Shown in pieces: positions 37,564 through 51,334 of a stretch of DNA of 64,000 nt. The stretch lies in contig CP086569.2 in assembly GCA_009914755.4 (NCBI GenBank), forward strand, positions 24,992,001 through 25,056,000. The letters are read 5' to 3'. A program made the position numbers and the translations under genes. The notes beneath the pieces were generated by a model that saw only the letters and a program-made list of their open reading frames with translations, ran no database searches and was not told the origin of the DNA. Every line of letters begins with the position of its first letter. The first letter of the stretch is position 1. This DNA comes from the human T2T-CHM13v2.0 reference genome, Homo sapiens.

Positions 37564-39330
37564 TCAAATCATTGATTCCTCATTTAGAACAAGGGGGTCG
37601 TATAGGGTTTTAAGATACATAAGTTTGACAGAAGGTATGCATTGCTTTACAAAGTTATGAAACCAGTTTAATATACATGGCCCAAAGATTAAGCCTAACA
37701 GCAGGAGGAGAATGGGTGGTTCAGCTAACCCAGTGACTAGAGTAGTTAGCCATGGATTCCAGTTACACATGCTTTGATACCAGGGAGTGTTATTTTCTCA
37801 TTCTTGTTGGCATCTATCTAGATTTTCTTGAACCTTTTGGAGAGTATCCTTTATGACCCCAGACTGATTGGTTCAGAAGAAACAACTTTCTCTGAGAGCT
37901 GTGAATAAACCTTCTTGGGAGAGGAATGGCAGATCTAAGCCTCACCAGTTTTGAAGAGCTACTTCAGCCAGAGACTGTACCTGGTGTGCAGTATATCTAT
38001 GGCTGACCGGAGGTTGCTTAAACCTACCTGTTGAGACAGGGACACCTGTCCAGTTTCTCCCTTAACCAGGGCAGCCGTGGCGATGGCTGCTGATCCGGCT
38101 ATGCTAAGGCTGGCCAGGAGGGGTACTAGGAGCGGAAGGCCTCGGCAAATCCTGGGATGTAATTCAAGGGGAGTGATGAGAAGTTGTTCTTCTGGCCCAC
38201 TGTACACATATATCTGGGGAACCACATGAACTAACACACACAGGAGAGGTCCTGGTTCAGTCCCATTGATGCAGTGAGTGAGACCTGAAGTGCAGGCTAA
38301 CTAGGTATTATTAGGTGCCTGGTAGGAGACTGAGGTACTTAAGGAAGTAAGCAGGGACTGATTACAAGCAGCCTGAAATGGAGAAGCAGATAAGTTATAT
38401 CCAGCACTAATTAGGCAAGAAATGTTCCCAGACACGTCTCCTAGTGTGAGGGCATAGGGTCGTGCATGACAAGAAAGAGGGCCACTTTTAAGCATAGCTT
38501 CTACTCCTAATCCCACATAATAAAGGGGTTTGGCATTTAGACATAGCCAACAAACTTGAGCTAGTTTAGGCCAGGTGAGATTAGGAGGTGATATACCCTG
38601 CCTAGAATGGACATCAGGCTGGGTTGGAGATGTTGTCATTGCAGCTGGGGTTTAGGAACTAGGAATGGTGGCAGAACAGTTAAATCGACCTTGTCTGGGT
38701 GTTTTTGGAACATAGGGTCACCTAGATCAGTTAAAGGCCCCATTGTCTTAGGAGGGCTCCATGAGATCAGGATTTTCTTTTGGATGGTGAACACAGTTAC
38801 AACATCAAATCCCAGGATATAAAGCCTTAATCCCCATGACATGCCATAATACCATTGAGCTGAATTAGGTTTATGGGTGGTTATGGTTTGAGTATTACTA
38901 TTTTTTCTGGTACATAGTCTAGGATGGGAAACATGAGCTATGGAAAGAGTTGAAGATCAGGTTGATCCCCCAGAGTAAGTGGCTAAAGTTACACATGTCC
39001 AGTTAGGGCAGAAAAACTCATAAGTATCTCTACAACTAGAGTCAGGATGATTTCCAGGAGAGAAGTAAAAGCGCACCTTTGGAGCTCCCACATCCGGTCT
39101 GGCTCCTGGAGTGTCCAAATCCTGCAGCAAGGTCGACGTTCCCTGCTCCCATGACTGGCAGGTTGCATCTTTCCTTGTGGGTACGAGCAGGTTCTGGGAA
39201 CAAAACACATAAATTGAATGCAAGAGAGACTTCCTTGGAGGTTCCTGCCTTCCAAGTAGTGTTTGCAAATACATGTCCTGTCATGAAAGAAGTGAGGAGT
39301 AAGGAACAGGAAGGTGCGGAGGGCATAACA
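37564..39330 (-). mobile_element. env: ERV env remnant (SU + TM)
   Basis: The TM C-terminus reads NWNPWLTTLVTGLAEPPILLLLLGLIFGPCILNWFHNFVKQ, matching the MLV-type [40 protein letters not shown]. The TM N-terminal fusion-peptide region at 37959-38237 reads LLASLSIAGSAAIATAALV. The SU at 38301-38639 carries a CWLC motif. Confidence 0.75.
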
Positions 39331-42300
39331 GGTGGAAACCAACAAGAAAGGTAAAAATAATAATAATAATAATAATAATTAATCTAATGGCTTCACTCGA
39401 CTTAGACACAGTTTTAAGGGGCCTGGCCCAGGCTTGGGGACCCATGTTTCCTGCCAGGCTTTGTTGGTCTTTTTGAAGCTGGAGTGATGAATCCAAGCAG
39501 GAATGCTGTCCACCTTCAGAGCATTGGCATGGTGAGGACAGTATGAGGTCCTTTCCAAGCAGAAGTGAGTCCTTCTTTCTGGAACTTTTTAACACCAGGT
39601 CATCTGGCTGAAACAAGTGGTAGGGCCCCATCTGGTTAGGAACTGGATTGGGATGAGCTCCCTGGACAAGTGGCTGGATGATATCTCGTATCCATTGGAG
39701 AGACTGCAGGAGTAATAAATTAGCTTGTGATAATTCTGCTAAATGGGTATCCCTTAGCTTTAGGCAAGACAGGCGGCGCCCAGCCATACATGATTTCAAA
39801 AGGTGAAAAACCAGCCCAGTAAGGAGTGCATCTTACTCTAAGAAGGGCTAAAGGAAGGAGTCTTACCCAATTCTCACCAGTCTCTAAGATCAATTTCATA
39901 AGAGTACTTTTTGGGATGTGGTTCATGTGTTCTACCTGCCCAGAGCTCTGGGGTCAATAGGCACAGTGGAGTTTCCAGTGAATGTTTAATGCATTACTGA
40001 ATGATCAATGGAGGAGGTGAAGGCCAGTCTATTATCAGACCCTACGGCAGCAGGCAGCCCATGTCAAGGGATGATTTCATTGAGTAAAAACCTAACTACC
40101 ATGGTGGCAGTCTCGTTTTCAGTGGCAAATGCCTCAGTCCCTCCGGAGAAAATGTCTGCTAGTATCAGAAGGTATTTCTACCCAGCCCGGTGTGGTTTTA
40201 TTTCTGTAAAGTCGATTTCCCACTTTTCTCCTGATGAGTTTCTCCAGTGGCAGTGGCCTGAGCTGGGTTTAGGACTTTGCCTGGTGTTTACCTAAGCACA
40301 AGCCGCACACCAGAGAGCTGCTTGATCTGTAAGTTCTGAAGGCAAGGGATCTTGAAATGGCTACTTAGGAGCTGGGCCAGTTTTGCATCTCTCAAATGAG
40401 TGGTAGAATGCAGACGACTGATTAAACTTTCCTGAGAGCTCAGGGTACAAAGATTCTGGAGTCAGGAAGAAGCCACCAACCTTCCTGATTTTTAGTGGCC
40501 TGGAGATCTGAAGCCAGTTTTACTTCTTCTGCTGAGCATGCGGTATGATTGCATAAGTCAGGCTGTGGAAAGAACACTGCAGGCAGTAATGTTAAAGGCA
40601 TGACTGGAAGCCATGCAGCCTCCAGGGCCAAAAAGTCCACTCTCTGATTACCATGGGCAATGGCCGTGTCTTCTCTTTGATGTCCTTTGCAATGAATTAC
40701 AGCCACTTGCTGAGGGAGCCATAGGGCTCCAAGCAGGGCTAGAATTTCTTCTGTGTTTTTGATCATCTTTCCTGCTGTGGTGACTAGCCTGCACTCTTGA
40801 TAGATGACTCCATGCACATGCACAGTAGCGAATTCATACCTACTGTTAGTGTAAATGTTAATACATTTGTCCTTACCCAATCGGAGAGCCTGTGTCAGGG
40901 CAACCAACTCAGCTCTCTGAGCTGAGGTGCCAGCCGGCAGAACTTGGGCCCACAGGATATCCATCTCCATGGTGATGGCTGCACCAGTCTTTTGAACTCC
41001 CCACTCAAGGAGGCTGCTACTCTCTGTATCCACAGTGGTGTCTGCCTCCTTTAAGGGCACATCTTGGAGATCATGTCGGCCAATTTCTCTGGTCTCTAAC
41101 AGTTGTTGGCAGTCATGGACATGTGTGTTGAAGTCTGGATATGGGAGTAAAGTTACTGGATTTAAACACTGTGGGAGAGAAAGTTAAACAAGGCTGATCT
41201 AATAGTAAACTCTGATATTGTAAAATGTGAGCATTTGACAATCATTTGCCAGAAGCACTTCACAGCAAAGTCTCTATGGCATGAGGAGCTGTAAGGGTTA
41301 AGTTTTGACTTAAAGTCAGTTTATCAGACTCCTGAACTAGGCTTGCTGTGGCTGCTATGTCTCCCAGGCAACTGGACCCCCTGGAGGCCATGGGGTCTAT
41401 TCTCTTAGACAAATAGGTAACTTGGCATCACCTTGGCCCCAAGATCTGAGTGAGTATCCCTTTAGCAACTCCCTAGTTTTCATGGACAAAAAGGTGAAAT
41501 GGCTTTGAGATATTTGGAAAGGCTAGAGCAGGGGCCTCAGTTAATGCCTTTTTCAGGTTTTGGAAAGCCTGTTCCTCTGTGTCAGTCCAAATTAGTGAGC
41601 CATTCCCTCCTGTAGCACTGTACAGGTGCTTGGCAATCCTCATAAACCCTAAAATCCATAGGCAACAGTATCCCATGGCCCCCAGGAACTCATGTACCTG
41701 TCTCTTGGTGGTGGGAGAGGGGATTCATAGGATAGTTTCCTTCTGGGCACTGGTGAGTGCCCTTTCCCCTTGGTTTGTCTCATACCCCAGGTAGGACAAT
41801 CTAGGAGGACAAAGCTGGACCTTCTCTGCAGACCCATTATCTGAGTTCCTGAAGGAGGTAAAGTAGGTCCCTAGTATGTTGCAGGCAGCTGTCAGTAGGT
41901 TCTGTAGCTAATAAAAGATCATCTATGTACTGAAGAAGAGTATGATTGGGTGACTGGCTTGGAATGGTATAAGATCCTGCTGGAAAGCTTCAAAAAGATT
42001 GGGAGAATTTTTAAAACCTTGAGGCAATTGAGTCCAGGTCAATTGGGGGGTGTCTCCCAAGCCAGGATCTGTCCATTCAAAAACAAAGATTGGTAGGCTC
42101 TTGGGGCCAGAGGAATAGCAAAGAAGTCATCCTTTAAGTCAAGGACAGTGTATCCTGTATGTTCTGGCAGCAGCAGGCTGAGTAGACTATAAGGATTAGG
42201 GACCGTTGGATGGATGGTAACTGAATATTTTTTAACTTCCCTTAAGTCAAGTACTGGCCAGTAATCATTTTTTCCAGGTTTCTGGACTGGCAAAAATGGA

Positions 42301-42900
42301 GTATTCCAGGCCGACTGACATGGTGTGAGTGTGCCAGCTGGTAACAGTCACTGAATATTGGGATTGATCCCCTGTCTAGCCACTGACTCACAGGATATTG
42401 CTTTTTCTAGATCAGAGAGGTGGTGGTCAGGAGTTCTACAACCACTGGCAGATGGTGCTTAGCCAGTCCTGGGGGGGTTGACTCAGCCCAGACTCAGGGA
42501 AAGAGTGTCTGTAAGTCCAACAGGAGAGGATTGGTGTTATTCTCCAGTGGTTGTGATGGTGAAATTAAAAGATATTCCTCTTAAAGAGGGATACTTAGCT
42601 GGAGTGGGGCAGTCGGGGGCTTGGTGTTTCCAGCATAAGGTAAGCCTGCTGGGCTGAGAAGGAGATAGAGGCCTGTAACTTATGAAGTAGGTCTCATCCA
42701 AGGAGGAGAAAAGGGCACACTGGGACCACAAGAAATGAGTGAGTTACTCTTTTCTGTCCCAAACTCACTTCTCCTGAGTGTGTGACAGGATATTCTTGAA
42801 TAGCTCCAGTAACCCATTGTACAGCCACTCTTATTACAGACACTGCCCAAGGGTGTCTGCAGTACTCAGTGCTCTGGTATCTATTAGGAAGCATACAGGT
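39281..42900 (-). mobile_element. pol: ERV pro-pol remnant (PR, RT, RNase H, IN)
   Basis: The PR reads GQKRVTHSFLVVPVCPFLLLG, matching MLV [21 protein letters not shown]. The RT reads [18 protein letters not shown]...[35 protein letters not shown]. The RT connection domain reads GYCCLWILGF...EEQAFQNLKKALTEAPALAFPNISKPF. The RNase H reads ALLGALWLPQQVAVIHCKGHQREDTAIAHGNQRVD. The IN reads [25 protein letters not shown]. Confidence 0.8.
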
Positions 42901-42999
42901 TGGCCTCCCACTGTAGCAGTCACCATGGGTTTCCAGGGGCCAAGACAGATGGAGCCCTGGTCCTGTCAGTCATCAGACTCCTCTGCTGCAGGGAGGGTG

Positions 43000-45581
43000 A
43001 GAACTTTTTTCTTTTCTGATTTTCCCTCTGTTAGTAATGGGCATTCCGTTTTCCAGTGCCCAGTTTGCTTACAATAAGCATATTGTTTTTTCTCCAGGGA
43101 ACCTGTTCACCTTTCTTGCCTTTCCAGTGGGGACCTGGGATTCCCTGGTCACTCTTCTGTGATGGGGGCCTTCCCTTCTTTGCTTCCTGGATGGCTGCCA
43201 CAAGATTTTTGCTTGTCTTTTGGATGCTCTATCAGTGGCCTGTTCAACTGCCTGAGTTGCCTGTTTTTGCTTTTCAAACTCTGGATTGTCAAAAACTTTT
43301 TGGACTATTTCTAAAGGTTGACTGATATTCATCCCAGCAAATCCTTCCAGTTTTTGTACATTTCTTTTAATATCAGGGACTACCTGAGCCACAAACCCCA
43401 AATTAAGAGCACAGCTATTTTCAGGACCTGTCTGTCAGGTCAAAAGGGGTATAAGTCTGATAGACCCCCTGGAGGCTTTCTAAAAACACTCCTGCTGACT
43501 CATCAGTCCCCTGGACAACTTCAGTCCAGACTACCTCCTCCTGCCATGGCCACAAAAGAGAGGCAATAGGTGGAAACACTCAGGGGGCATAGTCAAGGAG
43601 AAAAGGGAAGATTCTACAGGAGCAGGAGGGTTATAAGGTGGTGGAACTGGGTGAGGGAGAGTTTCCTCTTCTTCAGAAGGAGGAAGTACAGGAGGAGTGG
43701 AGCCAGCTGAGGGTTGAGGAGAAAATGAGGTTGGGCTCAACAGGACCTTGGAAGTAGAATTATGAATGGCACATGAATGGAGGCATGGAAGAGGGCTCCT
43801 GACCAAACTTAGCCACTGATCAATGTATGGAAACTGATTGAGGTGACCAAGAGTTCCCACAACACGCCACACAGCCTGAACAATTGCAAGGCTCAGTGAC
43901 CCTTCCGGGGGCCACCTGGCTCCAAAACTTGGCCATTCTACTTCGCAGAGTGTTCAGAGTTTGCCTGTTTTAAGGCAGACCCCATAATCCTCTGAGGAGC
44001 CAAGAGAGAAATTTTGTAACATACATTGTTATATCTCCTGCATGTTCTCACACCTATTGTCTTTCAATTGTGGCCATGGCAGGAGGAGGTAGCCCCCCTC
44101 CTACCACTGAGAGAGGCACCAGTCCCTTCAGGTGATGAGCGCTCAGCCCCATTCTTGGTTTACAGGTCAGGTTTTTCTACTTCTGACCTGTATAACTGGA
44201 AAGCTCAAAATTTCCTCTTTTTAAAAAAAAAGCCCCAGGTCTTGACCTCATTGATGGAGTCTGTGCTCCAGACCCAATGACCCACCTGGGATGACTGTCA
44301 ACAGCTCCTTTTAAGCCTTTTCACCTCTGAAGAGAAGGAATGTATCTGGAGAGAGGCCAGAAAGCATTTCCTCACATAAGCCAATAGGCCAGAACAGGAA
44401 GCTAGAGACCCCCTTGAGGAGTTTTTTCCCTCTACCTGACCTAATTGTGACCCAAACTCCTCAGGTGGGAGGAGAGCTTTGAACAATTTTCACCGGTATC
44501 TCCTTGTGGGTATCAAGGGAGCTGCCTGGAAACCCGTAAGCTTGTCCATTCTCTATGAGGTGGGGAACAAGAGTTTCCTATTCTGGAGGCAGTTAAACAA
44601 AGTTTGAGCAGAGATATTAAACCCAGCACGGACAGAGAAATTCATGACCTGGGGGATTGTAGCTCCAAAAGAACGGAAATGGTATGGCCAACAGAAGCAG
44701 GAAAACAGCTATTGTCAGCACTTCCTGCCACATGATTTCTGTCCTTTTAAGTTTTGAGATTTAGGGAGAGGACAAGAGGTGGGTCTGAGGCTGGTAGAAC
44801 CCACATGATTTCCCTCTCCCTTTTGACTTACAGCCTCAATATATTTGGTGTCTCCATGACTCAAAGGCAAATAGTTCAAACTAGGCCTTTTCTTTTAAGG
44901 GTTTGAGGAGGCAGAGCAGAGCCAAGTCTTGGAGACACTGGACTTGCTGCGACACAGGAAAATGAGACGTATGGGGTAAAGAGTGGGGATGAGGAGGAAA
45001 GGGGCCACTTGGATCTTTCCTAAGGTAGGAGAGTAGCCACAGGGGAATAGAATAAGATTCCAGATGGAGTAAAGCAGTACGGGGCTAGGTTTCTCTGCCT
45101 AGTTCCCTTCTTAAGGGCACAGGAAAAGTTATGGGATGATAGAAGATGTCAGCAAAGAGGTCTGCAGGGTAGCTATTTTGAATCCACCACTGGTCTAATC
45201 TGAAGGTGGTCCAGTCACTTGTTTGTGGGGTGTGAAAATCTAAAAGCCAGCAACCTTTATGGTGCCAGAAATCCCAAACAGGAAAATGTTTCCCACCCTC
45301 ATTCCCGTAACAACACCTAATTGGTTTCTGATTGAAAAGGCAGGAATGAGATGGCCAGCTGAAATGACTGATGAGAAATTTGACCTCCTGTGATAAAACA
45401 TCAGCACTGAGGACCTTGAAGAAGTCCTTGCACAGACTTCTTGGGCAGTGTTGATGACTTGACATAAGAAACTTTGACAAGCACTAAATAGGACAATAAA
45501 TGCCAATAGGACAATAGACAAAAAAAAAACAGGCAATTGACCCCAGGGTATATAAACAATTATGGCAACTTTTATAGACAA
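43000..45581 (-). mobile_element. gag: ERV gag remnant (MA, p12, CA)
   Basis: The p12 region carries the late-domain motif PPPY within SEEEETLPHPVPPPYNPPAP. The CA C-terminus reads LEGFAGMNISQPLEIVQKVFDNPEFEKQKQ. The MA-like region reads FSWPSHSCLFNQKPI...FPVWDFWHHKG. Confidence 0.65.
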
Positions 45582-45930
45582 ACAAGGGGAGGGGTCCCAT
45601 GATGGGATCTGTCAGAGGCCAACCTAGCCACTCCCTCTAAGGGAACGTAGGCTCCTCTTAGCATTGGCAGGCCAATATAAACCACCCGCTCAGATTGAGT
45701 TATGCCTGATGCTGCCTAAAGCCTTATGAGGTAGCCACGAAACTGCAGGTGAGGGCCCACTTGAAACCCATAGCTTTCACTGTGGAGCTACAAACTGGAA
45801 TTTCAAGTGCAAGCCCTTGATTTCCACAATCATGCACACATTCACACAGAGTTTATAATATTTTTTCTTATTCCCATTCTAAACAGAGGTCTCTAGGAGA
45901 CCTGAATGAGAGAAGGAGGAGATAGGGAAA

Positions 45931-45965
45931 GGGAGGTGGGAGAGAGAGAGAGAGAGAGAGAGAGA
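45931..45965. repeat. (GA)n microsatellite
   Basis: The run gagagagagagagagagagagagagaaag is visible directly. Confidence 0.85.
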
Positions 45966-47099
45966 AAGTGAGGGGGAGAGAAGTGAGAGACTAGTCTTAA
46001 TGGAGAGGCCAGCCTGCCAGAAACCAAGACTCTGTCCTCCAGCATCCTGGTGTATGAATAGAGTTGGACAGAGATGCCCTCATCAGGAACGGATCCCTCT
46101 CACCAAACCAGAACAAAAGGTACCTAAAGGAAAAGCTTTGCTCGAACTGGGAAAAAATAAGGCTCATATTGTACTGCACAAAAGTATGGAAATTACACCA
46201 GCTCAAAGACAAAAACACCTGGCCTTCTGAGATAAAAGTTTATTTGAAAGTATCTAATTATCAGATGTTTTCTTCAGATGAAAGATCCGTTAGTATGAGT
46301 TTCTGATGTACAAGCTTTCTTTACCTTGGGAGACAACCCAGACCTTTGTAAGCATTGTAAAATTGATTCTGGCCTTTTTGTAGTCATGTCAAGCAAGGCT
46401 ACAGAAGATAATTTCCCAAAATTAGAGAGACAAACCTTTGCGTACCCCTTAAATACAACTTCTAAATGCCATACCTGCCCTTCTTTCACATGCTTTCCAA
46501 CCACCTTATCATCAGTTTCTCTCCCTGTGCCACCCAATAAACCCCTACATTCCCTGTAGGCCCTGCAGAAAATGTCAAATAAATGTGGTACTACTAAACT
46601 TCAGGTTTAATTTTTATTGCAGAATTTTAAAAAAACAAATTTATATCTAGTCAAGTTCTCTGATTACTCTGATAGATATATAAAGGCATTCCAAAATCTT
46701 ACAGAGGTGTTTCGTTTTATGTGGAAAGATGCTACATTACTCCTAAACTCGATTCTATATATGTCAGAAAATGTGGCAGCTTTTCAGGCAACAGAACGAT
46801 TTGAAGATGAACAATGTATTTACTACAGCCAGTCTAAAAGTATGAAGGGAAAAAAATCTAGAAAAAGGGAGGGCAAAAGACAAAAGTAAGGTGAACGGAT
46901 AGTAGAATCTTTATTCCCAACAGGAAGAAAGACATTGCTCTTTGAAAACTTAGTTGGAATACACACACATAAATACTTAATTTAAAAGATTAAGTAGTGG
47001 GAACACAAGTGTAAAGTTTCAGCAAAAGTTTAGTATATAGAGAAGAGATAGTTTTCCCAGCAAATCACTACATGATTTGAGTTACTAATGCACAGATTA

Positions 47100-49150
47100 A
47101 ATAAATGGGTGCATTAGAGCAAGGTCTGCCATTCCTGGCAGCCATTCCAAGGGACTGGCCTCTCGTAGCGGTAGATCTTACAAATTCTTTCCTGACTATA
47201 TTCTTACATGAGATGGATAAGTCTTGATTTGTTTTCTCTGTGCCTTCTAGCAATCAAAAAGAGCCTGTCTCTCATTACCAGTGGAAAGTTTTACCCGAAA
47301 GCATGCTCACCATTCCCATGCTATGTCAGCATTTTGTAGCACAGTCATTAAAGGAGCCTCAGAATATATTTCCTACTGCCTTCATCATTCATTATGTGGA
47401 TGACATTCTTTTGATTGCTCCTACGGAACAATTAACACCAATTGTTCAGAGAAACAAAACAGGCTTTGCCTAAATGGAATCTCAAAATAGCTCAAGAAAA
47501 GGTAGAAACAATCTCCCAATACCAATACTTAGGTGCTACTGTTACTGAAATAAATGTTTGACCTCAGAAATTAGTCCTCCATAGGGTGAGATTACAAACC
47601 TTGAATGATTTCCAAAAATTATTAGGGGATATAAATTGGCTGTGTCCAATGCGAGGTGTTAATTGAAACTTATCAACTCAAACACTCAGACACTCCATGG
47701 AGATTATTCATTATATTCTCCTTGGCAACTTACTAACTTACAGCTTGTAGAGCAAATGCTTCAGCAAACACCCACCTCTCCACTACAGCCACAAAACCTT
47801 TGGTTCTCTTTATTCTTTCTACCCCCAATTCTCCAGCAGAACTTTTAGACCAGTTCATAGAAAAATCTGTAATTGTAATAGAATGGCTTTTTTAAAAAAA
47901 TTCAATCAGACTGTAAAGTATCTGCAAGTTTATCTTTCTTTAATTACTCAACTTATAACAATGGGTAGGCATACATGCAAAATGTTTAAGAGATATGATC
48001 CAGAAAAAAAATATTGTTCTCCTTTTAGAGCAAGTCTAAAAGTATGAAGGGAAAAAAATTGGATTCCCAACAACAGGCTGCAGCATGGGACATGTTGACT
48101 GTGTGGCAAATTGCTCTTGCAGATTTTGTAGGAATAATAGATAAATATTATCCATCAGAAAAAAATTAGCAATTTTAAAAGTTCAACCTTTCATCTTCCC
48201 TGTGATTACTCATCAAAAACACATTTCAGGCAGCCAGACCTATTTTACTGATGGCTCTTTCAAAGGTCGCACCGCTACTTATGGGCCTAATCCTATTCAA
48301 AGAATAAAAATCCCTGGAGTTTCAGCTCAACGCTCAAAACTAATGGCAGTTATTCAGGTTTTACAACTCACTGCTTCATCTCCTATTAACACTGTCTATG
48401 ATTCAGCCTATGTTGTAATGTAGCCAGTCACATTGAGATTGCCACTATTTAAGGCATCCTAGAACCAGAGCTGTTTAACTTGTTTCTAAGACTTCAACAA
48501 GCCCTTTGCTCTTGTGCTGCTCCTTTTTATATTTCTCATATTTGCTTTCCCACACAACTCTCTACACTATTTCTAGGTAATGATAGAGCAGATAGATTGA
48601 TTTGTTCTGCATTTCAACAAGCTCAAGCTTCTCATACATTACTGCTTCAAAACCCCTCGGCCTTTATTTGTGTGTTTGATTTGCCTCACAGCCAGGCTGC
48701 AGCCTGCGTAAGCCTGTCCTATCTTCCAGCATGTACCTGGAGTCGCATCTATAGAAGGCTATAACCCATGAGGCTTAGCTCCAAACGAAATCTGACAGAT
48801 GGATGCTACTCATGAGGCTGCCATTGGCAAGCTCTCCTTTGTTCATGTGATTGTAGACACTTATTCTCATTTGCTGAATGCTACATGCAAAACAGATCAG
48901 AGAGCTGGTCATGTACAATGGCATTGTCTGTCATTTGCTCATATGGGGTCCCCAAACAAATAAAAAACTGATAATGGACTCGCTTATGTTAGTTATCATT
49001 TAAAAAAAAAAAAACTATAGCTACGTTCAATCACTCATGAATCAGGAATTCCTTACAACCCTCAAGGACAAGGAATTATACAGTGGGCAAATCAAACATT
49101 ACAACATGTGCTGGAAAAACAGAAAGCAAAAATAAGAGACCAGATACCAC
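47100..49150 (+). mobile_element. pol: HERV-K-like pol remnant (RT YVDD, RNase H, integrase)
   Basis: This covers ORFs 47240-47473, 47663-47848, 48202-48423 and 48480-48764, plus the frame-shifted IN core at 48800-49130 (VDTYSH ... GIPYNPQGQGIIQWANQTLQHVLEKQK). Confidence 0.8.
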
Positions 49151-49369
49151 CTCAAACAAAATTATGTTTACTTTTACTTATTTACTTTAATTTTTTCAAA
49201 TTTATTTGCTTTAAATTTTTTGACTTTTGTCACAGATAGTAAGACTGTAGCAGAAGGACATTGGTAAATGTTAGAGGGAAAAAGGAGAGTATACTGAAAG
49301 GTAGTATGAAATACCCAGAAGAAGGATGATGGACAGGCTCAGTAGATTTACTAATGTAAGGAGGAGGGA

Positions 49370-51290
49370 ATGCTTGTGTTTTTGCAGGAGATGGATAAAA
49401 TGTGTGGGTGCCCTCAAGGTGTTTGTGACCATGGAAAGGGAGACTGGAGAGAGCCATTTATCCCAACTATGGATGCGGCTCCTCCATTACAAGCCATGAG
49501 CCAGCTGAAAGTGCTGGAGTGCCAAGTTCAGGTAAAAACCCCTGACTTCACGTTTATGGCCATGCTACCTGTAACACCCTGTGCAGTTTGTTTTCCCTGT
49601 GCAGAGACAAAAACATATTGGACGTATGTTTCCAATCCCTGAGTATTATGGACTGTAATTTGGATTGACAGTCCCCCTGTGATCTATCATGATCATGGAG
49701 TGTGGGAACAAGGATACCAAACTCCCCTGACACAGAACAATTAGACTCTCAGAACAATGATTATCAATTATACTGCTCCATTGCAGGGACTTCTTTTATG
49801 TGTCACCCAGAGTACATCACTCAACTGCAGTTGTCTTGCAATTTAATCCCAAGCATGGTTGAGTTACTATGGAAAAATTATGTACTTATTAGGCCTTAGC
49901 TCTATTAACATTACTGTTATAGCTAATAACCACTCCCAGCCCCATCACCCAAGTTGTATTAATTATACAGAATGGGCTTCCTTTGATAATTCTTACCCCC
50001 ATCATTGGACCCAGTGTCTTGGCACCCTAGCTAGACTAACAGTCCATGCTAGTGGGAGACATTATTGACTGGGGACCCTGTGGTCATTTAGATGGGAGAG
50101 ATGAGAATCCGACCTCGTTGTGAGAACTTCGATGACACTGGTGAAGAAACTTTAGCAACTCTTCACTACATTGCACTGGAATTCAATCCCAATCTGCAGC
50201 ATAGCTTGCTTGGCATGGAAGAGGCTTGAGCCCATCTTTGCCTCAATGGCATTATCAAGGAAAGAGAAGTCCAATTCAGGAGTCAATAGGGAAGGCAGCA
50301 CTCCCTTTATGAATGGCAGCATTTGTGTCAGAACACTATTTAATTTTAGGAATTGTGCTCAACACAGTTTTAATGTTACTTTGGTAGAAAATATTACCAA
50401 TTTACAATTTGTGTTTTTAAAACTTTTGTTTTTCTAGCAGAAAAAAAAAAAAAAGTCCAGGTAAATGATGCCCAATTGACTTATGATTCCTGTCAACTGT
50501 ATCATTCCGTTAATCATAGCACAATACAAACATACAGCATATCCCCCTTAATAATGCTAGGTCACAATCCAAGATTATGGATTCCTGTAAATCTGTCTGA
50601 GATTTGGGTGGCCACCTCTGGTTTACATTTTGTAAACCTTTTTCTTACTCAGCTTATGCATTGTGCTTGTAGAGCCTTAGGCATGATAATTTCTGTGAAA
50701 GTCTCCTTAGGTATATTAATAACATTTGTTGTGGGGTCCTTAGTAGCAATGCACAGCTCCATCCAAACAGCTCAATATGTAGAAAATTGGATGTGTACAG
50801 CTGACTGGGCATAGGTGTTTAAAATTAAACTTAACACCGAGATACAATGGAAGTACCAATGTTAAAGACCACAGTTCTGTGGCTCCGAAAACAAGTACAA
50901 AGCTTGTAGTTGCATCAGCAATTGCAGTGTAATTTTAACCAAAATCATATTTGTGTAACCAATTTGGAATAAAACCAAAAGAAATATCCATGGAAACTTG
51001 TAAAGGCCCATTTACAGGGGGTTTTCACATCCAATGTTACTTTTGATTTTAATGATTTACAAAGTAAAATCCTTAACTTGAATAAGCATGCTGAAGCATT
51101 TCAGCCATCTTTAAAAATTTGGGCAGAATTTCAGCAAGGTTTACAGAGCCTTAACCTTTGGACCTCCTTGAAACAACACCTCAATATCTTTTTTGTGGTT
51201 ATCAGAGTAATGTTATTATGTCTCTATTTTATGTTGTTTGTCTTTAAAATCAGCTGGACCACCAAACAGCAATTGAGAGCTGCATAGCCT
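49370..51290 (+). mobile_element. env: HERV-K-like env remnant (SU + TM)
   Basis: This covers ORFs 49370-49642, 49702-50068, 50476-50814 (TM fusion peptide and heptad region) and 51078-51287 (TM membrane-spanning C-terminus, ILLCLYFMLFVFKISW). Confidence 0.7.
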
Positions 51291-51334
51291 GCAATTGCCT
51301 TTACTCAACTAATGCAAAAACAAAAAGGAAAAGA

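Larger units (their letters stand above)
36995..45581 (-). mobile_element. defective gammaretrovirus-like (class I) HERV provirus, gag-pro-pol-env all recognisable, 3' LTR only
   Basis: Colinear minus-strand ORF fragments span MA, p12 (PPPY), CA, PR, RT, RNase H, IN, SU (CWLC) and TM, with many frameshifts and stops. See the sub-features below. Confidence 0.8.

Noticed and set aside
39079-39354. Plus-strand ORFs antisense to the ERV (39079-39354, 38607-38822, 40008-40295, 41579-41794, 42778-43325, 43318-43569)
   Set aside because: They are chance ORFs on the strand opposite clearly homologous retroviral pol, env and gag reading frames. They have no independent homology.
45590-45700. Primer-binding site for the gamma-like ERV upstream of gag
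   Set aside because: Reverse-complement inspection showed no convincing 18-nt match to the common tRNA 3' ends (Pro, Lys, His, Phe, Trp, Glu, Arg). The only tgg-initiated stretch (tggcctgccaatgctaag) is not a known PBS.
46200-46620. Possible + strand LTR fragment (...gccacccaataaacccctacattccc...) between the two ERVs
   Set aside because: It carries an AATAAA in a plausible R-like context. It shows no similarity to the gamma-ERV 3' LTR (36995-37545) or to the putative HERV-K-like 3' LTR (51335-51775). No TATA or TG...CA termini could be placed, so it is left unannotated as an LTR.
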